Source: Veleropilina oligotropha (Eukaryota). Taken from it: a stretch of DNA of 64,000 nt. Made by a program: the position numbers and the translations under genes. Below, in pieces: positions 27,451 to 39,119 of the stretch (the stretch's first letter is position 1; each line of letters opens with the position of its first letter). The notes under the pieces are model-generated. The model worked only from the letters and a program-made list of their open reading frames with translations, ran no database searches and had not been told where the DNA came from. Location of the stretch: positions 124,001-188,000 of the forward strand of contig JBEUKZ010000122.1 of the NCBI GenBank assembly GCA_048128005.1, written 5' to 3'.

Positions 27451-28089
27451 TAAGGTTAGCCACTATGCTTTGTTGTCTCATCCGGTGGTGTTATCATCGA
27501 TTCTCCCACCATCTATGGAGCAGTCATCACACAGAAGCACGAAATTGGACAATACGTACATATTGCATTTTCTTCTCGTTCTATGACAGAAACAGAGATG
27601 AAGTATGCGCAAATCGAAAATGAAGCCCTTATTGCGATTACCTGGGCATGTGAACGCTTCAGCCAATACGTCACTGGAAAATACTTCGAAATTGAAATTG
27701 ACCACAAACCCCTTGTACCTTTACTCAATACAAAGGAGTTCGATAAATTAACAGCATGAGATTTTGTATCCGTCTGATGAGGTTCTCATTTACGGCTTGT
27801 CACGTTACGGGAAAATATCTCGCTACGCCAGATACCCTATCAAGAGCGCCACTAAAAATGGCACCAACGGATCACGACAGATCTGAGTGAAGAAGCTGAA
27901 CTGTTTGTCAACTGTGTCGTAGATACATTTCCCATAACGGAAACTCGCCTTCTTGAGCTTCTCAATGAACAAGGAAAGGACATGGTGTGTTCTGAAGTAT
28001 CGAAATACTGTCGTGAAGGTTGGCCCGAAAAAAATGCGATTCGAAGTGATTTTAGTTCCTACTTACAAGTGTCTGGGGAACTTGTCGTA
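27451..28089 (+). mobile_element. Gypsy RNase H fragment, inverted near-copy of ~20080-20685, inside an MsrA intron
   Basis: Near-identical sequence, encodes YAQIENEALIAITWACERFSQY and ...PDTLSRAP remnants. Confidence 0.85.
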
Positions 28090-28445
28090 GCATTAAAACA
28101 TTTCACCATTGAACAATAGCCTCATTGCCGTGTATTAGATGAATGCCTTTAAACTATTCAACAGCTGGGCCAACAAATCTTTGTTCTTCGATTGAATAGG
28201 CAGAATAAACAACTGCCCAGAACAATAGATGACGTCACAGAAATGTTTTAAGGCAAGATCAAAGGTATTTCATGGAAAATTATAGCGCTATAATTAAGCA
28301 AGGGACAGCACTTCAATGTAAGTTAACTTAAACCACATAATTAAACCATTAGCAGCATCAGTCTGTTAGTAAGGTTAAGCTAGCATAACAGTTGATTCAT
28401 AAAAATGGTGTTTAATCATACAGTCAACTATCTGTTGTGACTTAC

Positions 28446-28574
28446 TTTTAATAATTTGGCAAATGTCGTTTTCTCCGGATCGAATACAGCGCGTACGACC
28501 TCGTTGTGACCAGTCTGCCCAGTGCAGACTTCTCTGTAGCTGGGGTTCTCCGTGAATCCTGCTGAATACCCAAC
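28446..28574 (-). CDS. MSRA: MsrA exon (VGYSAGFTENPSYREVCTGQTGHNEVVRAVFDPEKTTFAKLLK)
   Basis: ttgtag| acceptor, |gtaagt donor; 129 nt, phase 0/0; NPxYxEVCxGxTGHxE MsrA motif. Confidence 0.96.
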
Positions 28575-29337
28575 CTACAAAGACAAGCATGATTAAATTT
28601 GAATAAATAAGTTAGTTTTATGACCACAATTTAACGGTTGAAATTGTTCATGGTTTCAAGAATCACATGGATAATAAATAGTAAATATAGATTCACTCAC
28701 TTTGAATATTTTTTCTGTCTACTGCGGACTTCGGTCACGTAATGACGGTTTATGACGTAGCGCTTTACACCTACATTGGTGAAACGAACCGCCCCTTAAA
28801 GCAACTGTTATGGAACATTGCAACATTGACCGACCCACAGGTGTAGGGGACCATTTTCTAGAGACTGGACACTCAGTATTCATATAGAACACCAGGACAT
28901 ATACTAACATGAGAAGACTGGTTCAGCCGCAAAGGCAAAGAAGCCATTTAAATCATGCAACAGAAACCCACCATGAACCGGGACCTGGGCTACCGCCTCC
29001 CGGCCATCTACACACCGATTCTAACGCCATGTAGAGCGCTACATCATAAACAGCCATTATGTGACCAAGGTTCACAGTAGATGGACCGAAATGTCGTAAT
29101 AGTTTCAAAATTTCTTGTTTCAAAGTAATTAAATCTATATTTACTACGAAACATTGTTTAATCCAGCAAGATAGAAATTAACAGAATTATTGTAAATTAA
29201 GTTCATAAACCATTGATCATATAAAATATGTCAAGTAAAAAAATTAAAAACATTTAATTATGCATATTTAATGAATACAGTATAACATTACATAGATGAT
29301 TGATTCCGTATTCAAAACAGAAACCTAGCTTAATTAC

Positions 29338-29402
29338 ATGCGTGGAATATACTCCAGTTTGCTCCCACAGTTTTCTCTCGGCTCCCCAAAAGCAGCCGAA
29401 TC
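29338..29402 (-). CDS. MSRA: MsrA catalytic exon ((G)FGCFWGAERKLWEQTGVYSTH)
   Basis: acttgcag| acceptor, |gtaatt donor; GCFWG active-site motif, Cys encoded by TGC. Confidence 0.97.
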
Positions 29403-29995
29403 CTGCAAGTAGAAAAGATTTTAGTTGCTGTATAAATGTGTACGTTTTCATAATTAATGAAGCTAAATCCCAATCCTGTATGGACAATATAAAACCCTGA
29501 GACGATGAATTGATGTTTAACGACCACGCCAACAGTAATTCAGTCATAAATCGGGTCAATCAACTATGCATGATGAGATGAATTGGTGCTGTATTTCAAG
29601 GAAGTATTCCCGGCACATCCGGAAGTTGAACCTGCACCGTATCCGTGCTGCCCCCCTACCTTGAGACAAAGTCAGGTTAGTATTCACAGTCCCAATGCCC
29701 ATATTCCCTGAAGGTCATGACCATGTCAACAACAAATACATGTTACTTCTAGTCTTATTATTGGCATGACTTGCCTTAATGTTTAATTGTATAAATATGG
29801 AGGGAGAACGGAAAATACAAGTTGTTGTTGATGGTCCAAAGTGCAATCCAATGTTAAGTGAGTGTATTATGGTTGATATTTAATATTTAACAACAAAATT
29901 TGAACAAAAGTTCCTTTAAAATGAATAGATCATAAAAGTTATAATTGCAAATTCAAAATATTCAATCGCTCTTTCAAAATAAACAGCAGAACTTC

Positions 29996-30048
29996 CATGC
30001 GTATATCCATATGCATGCGTATATCCATATGCATGCGTATATCCATAT
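29996..30048. repeat. 18-bp minisatellite (catatgcatgcgtatatc), left segment
   Basis: About 3 units; the array continues at 37359-37499 and 38374-38396. Confidence 0.9.
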
Positions 30049-30223
30049 AATAATAATAATAATAAATACTTTATTTACAGAGGGAGTACAGTTAGTTATA
30101 TAAACCAATCTTCCCTGTGTCCCTCCATGAAAACAACAAATAATAATACATAAATACAAATAAGTAAAAAGCTACAGTAAACTACGCATTAAGATCTTGA
30201 AGTTAACTTCACAAAATTATAGC

Positions 30224-30225
<2 letters not shown>

Positions 30226-30255
<30 letters not shown>

Positions 30256-31828
30256 CAATAGCCGTGTTAGTCTGTTTGAAGATCATAAATGAATAAATAA
30301 CTTTGGCACCTTTAAGACTAACTTAAATTTAATTATTTCCTCGAGCTTTCGAAACAAATGTTTCTTCGTCAGAAGTTTAAGATGGAATACAGTAATTGAA
30401 AGATAGCACCATAGCAATACAACGTCTACCTATGACGTCAGAAAAGGTGACGTCACGCCATACACATGCAATGGGTAAGCAATGTCTACAGGCATAAATA
30501 TATACAGCAACTGACATATGTAATGCATTAAAAATATGAAACACATTATTATATTGTGGTTATTTGAAAGACAATTAAGATACGATAAGTGCTAGGAAAT
30601 CACACATTAATGTTATTACCTAGTTATAATAATGTAATATTTAGCATATATGTATTAATTATAATGGGACATAAATCCATAGTCTATATTCAAGCCTTTG
30701 CGCACCGTGTCCAATTGTCTGATAATACGTTGCTCTTCGGTTTCGCGTTCTATTCGGCTGTGGAAATTTTTTATTACCAGTATCGAAAATTTGAAATCTT
30801 TTAAACTATGTTCCGGAAGATTGAAATGTTCGGCGACAGGCTTTAGTGGACAGTTGTTTCGGATGTCCGATTTGTGGTTATTTATGCGTGAGCGGATTGT
30901 ACGTCCAGTTTGCCCGACGTACACTGCGGTTGGGCATTTCTCGCATGTCACAGCATAAATTAGGTTGCTAGAGTTACAGTTACCACATATCTTGATGGTG
31001 AATATTACGTTGTTCGGGCCCGTAATTTGTGAGTTTTTATTAACATGTTCACATAATTGGCATCTGCTATTGTTACATGGAGTTGTGCCCTTAGACGGAG
31101 TACGGGTTGTTAGTGTACTTCTAACCAGATGTTGGCGGAGATTTGCTGGTTGTCTATAGGCGATTAGTGGTGGGTCCTTGAAAATTTCGCCGAGCGTTTC
31201 ATCGTCTTGAATAATGGGTTGAAGATCACTTATTATGCGCTTAAGTGCTTTCATTTCCGGACTATAGGTGACTACTAAAGGAGTCCTGTTGGTGTTCGTT
31301 TTCGGTTTATATTGTAATAATTGGTCTCTTGGAATTTTCTTGGCGAGCGATACCTGCTGCGACACCAATTTTGGATTGTACTTTAGTGTCGTACAATTAT
31401 GATACAGCTGACGCAGCTTGATATCTCTGTCAATAGTCTCCGAGCAGATGCGGTTATACCTGATGGCTTGGCTATAGACAATTGATTTTGTGGTATGGGG
31501 TGGATGGAAGCTTGATGGTAGTAGGTATTTACATCTGTCAGTAGGTTTTTGGTAAACGGTTGTGCTGAGATCACCATTTATATTTTTTATAGTAGTGTCT
31601 AGGAAGTTGACTTCGTTGAGCGAGTACTCCATAGTGAATTTTATTGTTGGATGAAAATTGTTGAAGGCGGAATAAAATTGAAGCAAAGCTGATTCACCGT
31701 GTGTCCAGATGAGAAAAACATCGTCGATGAATCGAGCATACAGTAACGGCTTTAATGGCGAAGATTGTAGGAATCGATTTTCTAGATCGGACATGAAGAT
31801 GCGGTGCCATGCGTGTTCCCATGGCAGT
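30226..31828 (-). mobile_element. 5'-truncated Penelope-like element (Neptune-like) inserted in the LINE 3' UTR
   Basis: Begins in the RT motif TAMGTRMAP; ORF 30655-31794 has RFIDD, FLD, HP, a Zn-finger linker and GIY-YIG (IYAVTC..C...YVGQT); (TA)n tail; GCAT on both sides. Confidence 0.92.
30338..30377 (-). ncRNA. Minimal hammerhead ribozyme in the Penelope 3' region
   Basis: Minus strand ctt-CTGACGA-A-GAAAC(attt)GTTTC-GAAA-GC-TC-gag: core boxes intact, palindromic AGCT stem III, weak 3-bp stem I, CUC triplet. Confidence 0.7.
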
Positions 31829-31981
31829 GCATGTTATCTTTAACACATACTATTCCAATTATACTAGGTATACATTTTGTACGAAAAAGGGGTACTGTAA
31901 TACGTGCCGAAGATTTCTTCCAGTACAAGATATCACAAATTACTGTTTGAAATATTATAAAGTAGAAAGACATAATATAGA

Positions 31982-34900
31982 TCAATTATTCATCATTTTT
32001 ACCTTTAAATGTTCTGTGTATGATGTTTTAAACTTGTGAAGATTTTTTGAATTTTTAATGATTGTTGGTATGTTATTCCATAAGCAAGCACCTGAATATC
32101 CAAATGTCCTTTTTAACGATTCTGTTCGGGGTTTAGGGAGATATAGTGTATTGGCAGTCACTGACCTCAATTGTTTGCCAGAATGTTCAGTATATTTAAA
32201 TTTGTCACTTAAATATTTTGGAGCTAGATTGTTCATGGCCTTATACATTAGAATTCCTTTATTTAGTTCAAGTCGCTGTGAAAAATAAAGCCAGCCAAGT
32301 GTCTTAAAAAGCTCCTTACTGGCAATTTCATAACCAGCATCGAGTATAACCCTAGCTGCTTTCTTTTGTAATCTTTCTATACGAGAGATATTTGTTAGTG
32401 AACAGTTACCCCAAACTGTACAGCAATAGTCCATTAATGGAAGTATATAACTATTATAAAAGAGTTTCCTTAGGTGAAATGGTAGATACTTTTTAATTCT
32501 TCTAAGCAGACATATTCGGCTTGATATGGAAGAACATGTGTGCTCAATATGTGTTTTACATGACATATTTTGATCAATATGAACACCAAGAAGTTTCTCC
32601 GAAGATGTTGTTTTTATTGTTGTATTTTGAAGCTCAATAGAGCAGTCTAAATTAATTTTAGTCAACTTCTGACTACTTCCAATAAGCATTGATTTAGTTT
32701 TATCAGTATTGATGATCATACCATTGTTATTGCACCATGTATTAACGTTATCTAGATCTTTTTTTAAGTTTTCCATTATAACTTTATTATTGGATCCAGA
32801 TGTATGTAGAGTAGCATCATCTGCATATAGTTCACTTTTGCAAGACTCGATACAAAGCGGTAGGTCATTTATGAATATAAGAAATAAGATAGGACCAAGT
32901 ATTGAGCCCTGTGGAACACCACTGCTAATAGATTTTAATTCAGATTGGCTGTTTCCTATACATACCTTTTGCTTTCTGTCATGTAAGTATGATCGAAACC
33001 AATCTAAACATAATGGACTAACTTCATAGAGTTTAAGCTTTTGAAGTAGCAAATCATGATCCACTAAGTCAAATGCCTTGGTTAAATCAACAAACAGAGA
33101 TCCTGTAATATTTCCATTGTCTATTTCAGTTAACCAGTCATCAGTAATTTTCGTTAAGGCTGTTTGACATGAATGTTTATTACGAAATCCAGATTGACAA
33201 CAATTTAGAAGTTCCTTCTCGTTCAAGTAGCTTTGTAATTGTCTACCAACGTGTTTTTCAAGTAATTTTGAGAGAGTAGGAAGAATAGAAATGGGACGAT
33301 AATTCTCACACTTTGTTTTACTACCTTTTTTGTGAATGGGCATTATCCTTGCTTCCTTAAATTGAACTGGAAACTTTGCTTTGCTAATGCTAAGATTAAA
33401 AATATATGTTAGAGACTTTGCAATTATGCTAGCTGACATTTTTAATAATTTTGGTCCAACTCCATCAAGTCCTGTAGCTTTTGTAATGTTAAGCTGGTCC
33501 AAATATTTTACTACCTCATGACAGGATATGTGTTTTAATGAAAATTGGTCCATAGCGGATACTTTCTCTTGAAGATAATCATTTAAAGCAGTAAGATCAG
33601 GAGAATTAAATGTATTTGACTTTAAAATTGAAACAATATCCTTAAAGTAATCATTCATGGCAGTTGCTATGCTATCCTGATTATCGGTTAACCCATCCTT
33701 AAGTTCTAGACTTGTAGGATATGGCCCAGTGCAATTTTTAACTTTTGAAATATCTTTCAATACGTTCCACATACATTTAGCATCAACTTTATTTTCAACT
33801 GCCTTTTCAACATGCTTCTTCTTTGATGCCTATATCAATTGTTTGCTTTTGTTTCTCCAAAATTTGTAGCTAATGTTATCATTTTTTCGCTTATAATGAT
33901 CCCGTAGTCTACACGCATCTTTTATGTCATCATTATACCAATCCGGTTGTTTGTGGCGTCGAACACGCTTTCGTTTCATTGGGGCATGTTTATTTATGAT
34001 TTTTAGGAAAATGTCATACCATACATTCATACAAACATCTGGATCATCATATTGTTCAACTACCATAAAGGGTGCTAGGGACAGATCCTCTAAAAATTTT
34101 GTTTCTTCAAATTTTTTAAAATTTCGGTACTTTATTTCCATATGAAAATCTTTCTTAAGAACGTGATGATCATATTTCGTTACGCAAGTTGGGTAGTGGT
34201 CGCTAAGTCCATACACCGGGACGGACACATTGGTAATGTTTTCTGGGTTGGTGGTGTAAACATGGTCTAGTATTGTGGCGCTTGTAGCTGTTATACGCAT
34301 CGGTGAAGTAATCATTTGGTGCAACTCATTTGACTGCACCAACTCTTTCCATTTAGAGGGAAGTGATAGAAAGTTTTGATAATCAATGTTGAAATCACCT
34401 AGTATTATCATTTCCTTTTCTTCTTCAGATGCTTTCATCAGTTGATTATCAAAACTGTCTATCCACGCTGTCAATACTGAGGGAGGTCGATAACAATAAC
34501 ATATGAAATATGATTTGCTTTTTGGGGGAAATATTTGTAACCATATCGATTCAACATCAGAATTCTCAAGGTCACTTCTTCTGCTATATTGTATATGTTC
34601 TCGCAAGTAGACTACTATCCCCCCTCCAGTTTTTCCTACTCTGTCCCTGCGTTCCATTATATACTGTTGAATATTGACCTCGGAATTTGATACGCTATTA
34701 TTCAAAAATGTCTCGGTAAACCCGACTATATCTACCGGTCGTGTTGCATTGCGAATTTCTATCTCTATCTCATCTAACTTTGGCATTAAATGACATATAT
34801 TCAAATGAACTATATTCATGCCTTTCTTGAAACAATTGAATGGATTGACATTGTTCACTTCTAGCATTTGAATGGAACATGTAGACGACTTAAGCATATA

Positions 34901-35101
34901 TAGTGTACAACATAAACACAATAGACATATAACAAGAGAAACCAATAAAAAATCACTGACATTTACATTGTTAATTAAAGTTGAAGACTCAGGGTTTACT
35001 ATCATATGCTCAGAAATTATTTTATCCTTTTGAAAACTTTTAGATGGTGAAATTCTACATTTGTTAGAATCAGAAGTATTTGTCATAGAAGCATAAACCA
35101 T
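31982..35101 (-). pseudogene. LINE ORF2 (AP endonuclease plus reverse transcriptase) with one premature in-frame TAG at 33830-33832
   Basis: APE motifs FTETFL, YRPP, GDFN, SDH; RT motifs NYRPIS, QSGFR, DLTKAFD, GVPQGS, YADD; the two ORF-track pieces are in one frame (KQLI*ASKKKH). Confidence 0.92.
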
Positions 35102-35236
35102 TTGAGAATGAACATTATTATTTAAGTTTGAGCATGTACAAAGGTTAATGCACGTATTGCAATCTGAGCATATTGACAGTAAAGGGGTGAACCTATTTTC
35201 AGATATGATGTCGGCTCTGTCTGCTTTGCCGGATTC

Positions 35237-37177
35237 CTAATCACAATAAATATCTTGTACACACATTCTAGATTTATGACCAAATTTGCCACAGTCCCAA
35301 CACATCACAGGGGTTCCGTGGCGGCACAAGTTGGTAATGTGGCCCGTCTCACCACAGTAAAAACATGACGTATCCTGTGATGATGAATTGTGGATAGGGT
35401 GTGCAGTTCTTGAAGCCCGCCAGTTCAGGATATTTGTCACTGCATCTAGATTTTTGAGCAACAGGGAAGTGCCATACTGAGTCAGATGAATACCATCCTG
35501 TGAGGCAGCACCTCTCTTTGAAGCACAGCTAAAATTGTCCACAAACTGTAAACCGTAATCCTCGCTGAGTTTCTTGAGTGCACCATTTAGACGCGAGACA
35601 TCGACATCTCGCCTTGGCGTTAGCCCCGATACAATCACTTCAATGTCAGTATTGTGAGAATAAATGACGTTAAATAATCCCTGATACTGATATATCACAT
35701 CACTTTCGTGTACCCCTTGGCTAATGTCGTTGCCACCAGCATGGATGATTATGGTGTCATAATCATTTATGTCACGCGACATAAGCACATTTCGTATTCG
35801 CGGGATTGTCGCACCACGGTTTGTGCTGACATCAACATGCGATAATAGACCCTTTCTGCTGATGTGCTTCAGTATTGATGTACCGATTACCAATGTGCGT
35901 GGATGTTTCTGCTTTCCAATATTTTCTGTTTCGGGTAAATCTCGCTCATCTTCCCTATAACACATTGAGATAGCACTGCCAGTAATGCTTGCCGAAATAC
36001 CATAGTTCTCATTTGCGTCCGTACCGATATCAATATTTAGCGCACTACTGGAACTCACAATACCATGATTGTTCTTGTTTGGCAAATTGGCACCGTTGTT
36101 TGAGTCGGTATTGACTTTAAGTGTTTGGGGAGCACTTAACTTTTCTTTTTCTTCAAATGCATTAGAAGTTGTTGTTTCGAGCACTACTTCGTTAGTCGCC
36201 TTTTTATCCTGATATGAGGTATAATTACTCATCTTCTGTTTCTTCAGGATGGTTATCTCGTCAATGAGTGAAGAGATCATCAAAACTTGATTCAAACACT
36301 TTTCGTTGGTCTGTTTTAATTCAGTTGTTACATTTTTTGTGTCTTGCAAAAGTAATTTTATCTCGGCGCGTTTGCAAGCTAGTTCGTTGGACATTTGCTC
36401 TATTCGTTCTTGCTGTAGCTGCGATTGTAGCATGAGCAGTTCATACTGTTCTGTATCAATTGTCATTGTGTTGTCCAAGTTCATTGATCTACCGTTAGAA
36501 AAACTCCTCAACTTTAGTTTAGCCCTTTTCAGAGAATTCGCATTTTGCACTATCTTCTCTCTGCAAACATCATTCTCTCCTTGTAGGTCTGCAATTGTAT
36601 CCATGAGGGAATTGTTAGGGGTAATTAGGCTGAGGTCATCCATGCATGACTGATCAGTGTTTACACAGTGATTGCTGGTGCTAGCTATTTGTTTAATCAG
36701 TGTCATGCTATCATCACTTGAAGAGACTGGGGTGGAAGTTACTGACATAATGGAAATCCCAGCACCCCTCAGAGTCTCAATCTGTTGATGCAATATGTCT
36801 AAATAAACATCATAACACCACACTTTGCATCCGGAACCTTGTAAATGCAACTTTTTTGATTTGTTGTACAGGGTAATAGTGACCTTACGTCCATCACAAA
36901 GTGTTCTAATAATAATTCCGTCTGAGATCTTAAGAGGGTAGCAGTCATAATGTAATGCAAAATATTCAGAAGTTAAATTATAAAGTTTATCTCCATGGAT
37001 ATTGATCACAATTGATGGAGTCTTTTCCGTGTGGTCATCAATGCTGTAACTAACATCTTCTCCCTTTTCTACGTTACTCACATTTCCTGTGATACGAATC
37101 CATAAAAAGATCCACTTGTATCCAGCGAAGAACTGCCATTGTTCAGGGCTGCTGCCATCTAAGTCACATTTTTGCAA
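35237..37177 (-). CDS. LINE ORF1: coiled coil, SGNH/GDSL esterase-like domain, two CCHC zinc knuckles
   Basis: IGTSILK / HAGGND / DGIHL esterase blocks; CFYCGETGHITNLC and CWDCGKFGHKSRMC; the 5' end is uncertain (in-frame TAG directly upstream of the TTG). Confidence 0.85.
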   Translation of the reverse strand: MQKCDLDGSSPEQWQFFAGYKWIFLWIRITGNVSNVEKGEDVSYSIDDHTEKTPSIVINIHGDKLYNLTSEYFALHYDCYPLKISDGIIIRTLCDGRKVTITLYNKSKKLHLQGSGCKVWCYDVYLDILHQQIETLRGAGISIMSVTSTPVSSSDDSMTLIKQIASTSNHCVNTDQSCMDDLSLITPNNSLMDTIADLQGENDVCREKIVQNANSLKRAKLKLRSFSNGRSMNLDNTMTIDTEQYELLMLQSQLQQERIEQMSNELACKRAEIKLLLQDTKNVTTELKQTNEKCLNQVLMISSLIDEITILKKQKMSNYTSYQDKKATNEVVLETTTSNAFEEKEKLSAPQTLKVNTDSNNGANLPNKNNHGIVSSSSALNIDIGTDANENYGISASITGSAISMCYREDERDLPETENIGKQKHPRTLVIGTSILKHISRKGLLSHVDVSTNRGATIPRIRNVLMSRDINDYDTIIIHAGGNDISQGVHESDVIYQYQGLFNVIYSHNTDIEVIVSGLTPRRDVDVSRLNGALKKLSEDYGLQFVDNFSCASKRGAASQDGIHLTQYGTSLLLKNLDAVTNILNWRASRTAHPIHNSSSQDTSCFYCGETGHITNLCRHGTPVMCWDCGKFGHKSRMCVQDIYCD

Positions 37178-37358
37178 CTATACCAAGCTCTGTTGATCCA
37201 CGTGAATATTCTTTGTCGTTGGTGGATTCCTTTGTATGTTACTGCGTAAATTACACAAAGATTCTCATCGTTCCTGGTGATGTAAAGTACTTAATGGGAC
37301 AAAATGTCAGGAGCAATAAATCTGCAGGTCTGCTCCTGGCGGCCATCCAGTAATTCTC

Positions 37359-37499
37359 ATCCATATGCATGCGTATATCCATATGCATGCGTATATCCAT
37401 ATGCAGGCGTATATCCATATGCAGGCGTATATCCATATGCAGGCGTATATCCATATGCAGGCGTATATCCATATGCATGCGTATATCCATATGCATGCG
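37359..37499. repeat. 18-bp minisatellite, middle segment (~8 units)
   Basis: (atccatatgca[t/g]gcgtat)n; source of the spurious HMDIRL/YPYAGV ORFs. Confidence 0.95.
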
Positions 37500-38373
37500 C
37501 AGGGCTCGAAATTGACTATCAATTGGTTGCCGCCGGCAACCAAATTTTTCCTGTGGGCAACCAAACTGCCGACAGCAGTTGCCGCATGTACAACCAATTA
37601 TTTTTTAAGACTTCGCGGTCAAACAATTTAATTTAGAAAAATATATAATGCGAACGGCTGTGGTTCGGCCCAAGCTTCAGCTTTTACATATAATAAATTA
37701 TATCTCACGTGACAATAGCAGACAATCGAAAAACATTGCTACGCGTTAAGAATTTTGCTAGAAACACATCGCCGGAAACGCCCGAGAGAATTCCGGTGCG
37801 GTACGTATCCATTCCAGGTCATTTATCTCTTATTACATGTATATTTTGCATAAAAGTGTCTAATTATTAATAAAAAGTTTAATAATACCTTTTAATCAGT
37901 TCAGTATATTGACTTTGTGTCTGTAAATTTGAAGAAAACATCGATGTCGCATGTGCGCCCGCCATGTTTTTTTTCTTTGTTTCTACCTTTATTTCGGGGA
38001 GCACCCGTTTACAGTGTTGCATGTATTACAAACGCAAATACTTTTTTCATATACTAGTAGTACAACTAATGATCAGATGAAACTGAAGAATATGAATAAA
38101 ACGAAATAAAATAATATAGGCAGATAAAGTAATTAGATAGTTAATGACTTGAATTTTTAAAGTAGTTTTAATTGAAGATTTCCTATAAAAATGATACACT
38201 AGCTTCTTAGAAAAAAATTATCCTGTATAATAATAGGCCTAAAGCTATTATATGTACTGTGTACTGTGTATTTCAAATTCAATATGTACAACCATATTTT
38301 TTAAGTGGCAACCAAATCTCTAGATTCGGTTGTACAATGTACAACCAGATATTTTTTTCAATTTCAACCCCTG
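37500..38373. mobile_element. hAT-like MITE with 6-bp TSD (CATGCG) inserted in the 18-bp minisatellite
   Basis: TIR cagggctcgaaattga / tcaatttcaacccctg (14/16); catgcg on both flanks; subterminal caacca repeats. Confidence 0.85.
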
Positions 38374-38404
38374 CATGCGTATATCCATATGCATGCTTAC
38401 TTAC

Positions 38405-38500
38405 CGAACATCGCCATTTCCATATTATCAGGAAAGGGAGGTAATATTGGATTATTGTTGTACGAATGTAGTTTGGCAACAGTCATGTTTGTTGTGCGAC
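38405..38500 (-). CDS. MSRA: MsrA exon ((G)RTTNMTVAKLHSYNNNPILPPFPDNMEMAMF)
   Basis: aatttcag| acceptor, G|gtaagt donor; 96 nt, phase 1/1; aligns by eye with the mammalian ...EPFPEGTQMAVFG segment. Confidence 0.92.
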
Positions 38501-39119
38501 CTGAAATTACAACGAAAGCTTCTCTAATATGCAACATAATTGAAAGCAGCAATTTGTAACACATTAATCCAGGATACGTCTAGATACTGTTTGACATGAA
38601 TGAAACAAATCTATTTATGGTTACATGTACTTGCGAACACACTTTACTGTCATGACTGTTAGTAAAATAGTTTAATATTCCAAAGACATTCATGATCTGA
38701 AACAACACGATCTAAGGATCATATGCGCAAGTCGAACTTTGAGTAAAGTCAAGCTTAATCTGTTAATGGGTCTTCTTAATTAATATGAGTGACAGTAATG
38801 CATTTTGGCTAAATCCTCGGTGTTCCAAATTCTTAAATGTTTTGATACATATTAGAAATTTGTTTATTATCAAGGGGAATGTCACTCAGGAATAGCATAT
38901 TAAAATAAGTTTCCAAGATTTTATTGCGAAATATTGAAACAGGTTTCAAAAAGGATTTGAACCAATTTAGTTTTACAACCACATTTGAACAATTTAACGG
39001 ATGTATACTTGTGACGAATTCTCGGCACATCCAGGATTCGGACCCTGACAGCTAGCGTCCTAGTCAGGCCAGCATTATTATTTGGTGTATGGGTAGACAA
39101 GACATTTAAAGACATTTAA

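Larger units (their letters stand above)
30049..37358 (-). mobile_element. Full-length L2/Crack-group (CR1 superclade) LINE in an MsrA intron, same orientation as the gene
   Basis: ORF1 plus APE-RT ORF2; 3' end aataaagtattt(att)n; ATCCATAT present at both junctions (30041-30048 and 37359-37366). Confidence 0.9.

Noticed and set aside
29338..29402. Selenocysteine-containing MsrA
   Set aside because: The catalytic codon is TGC (Cys), not TGA.
37251..37636. ORFs with HMDIRL, YPYAGV or IWIYAC repeats
   Set aside because: Translations of the 18-bp minisatellite.
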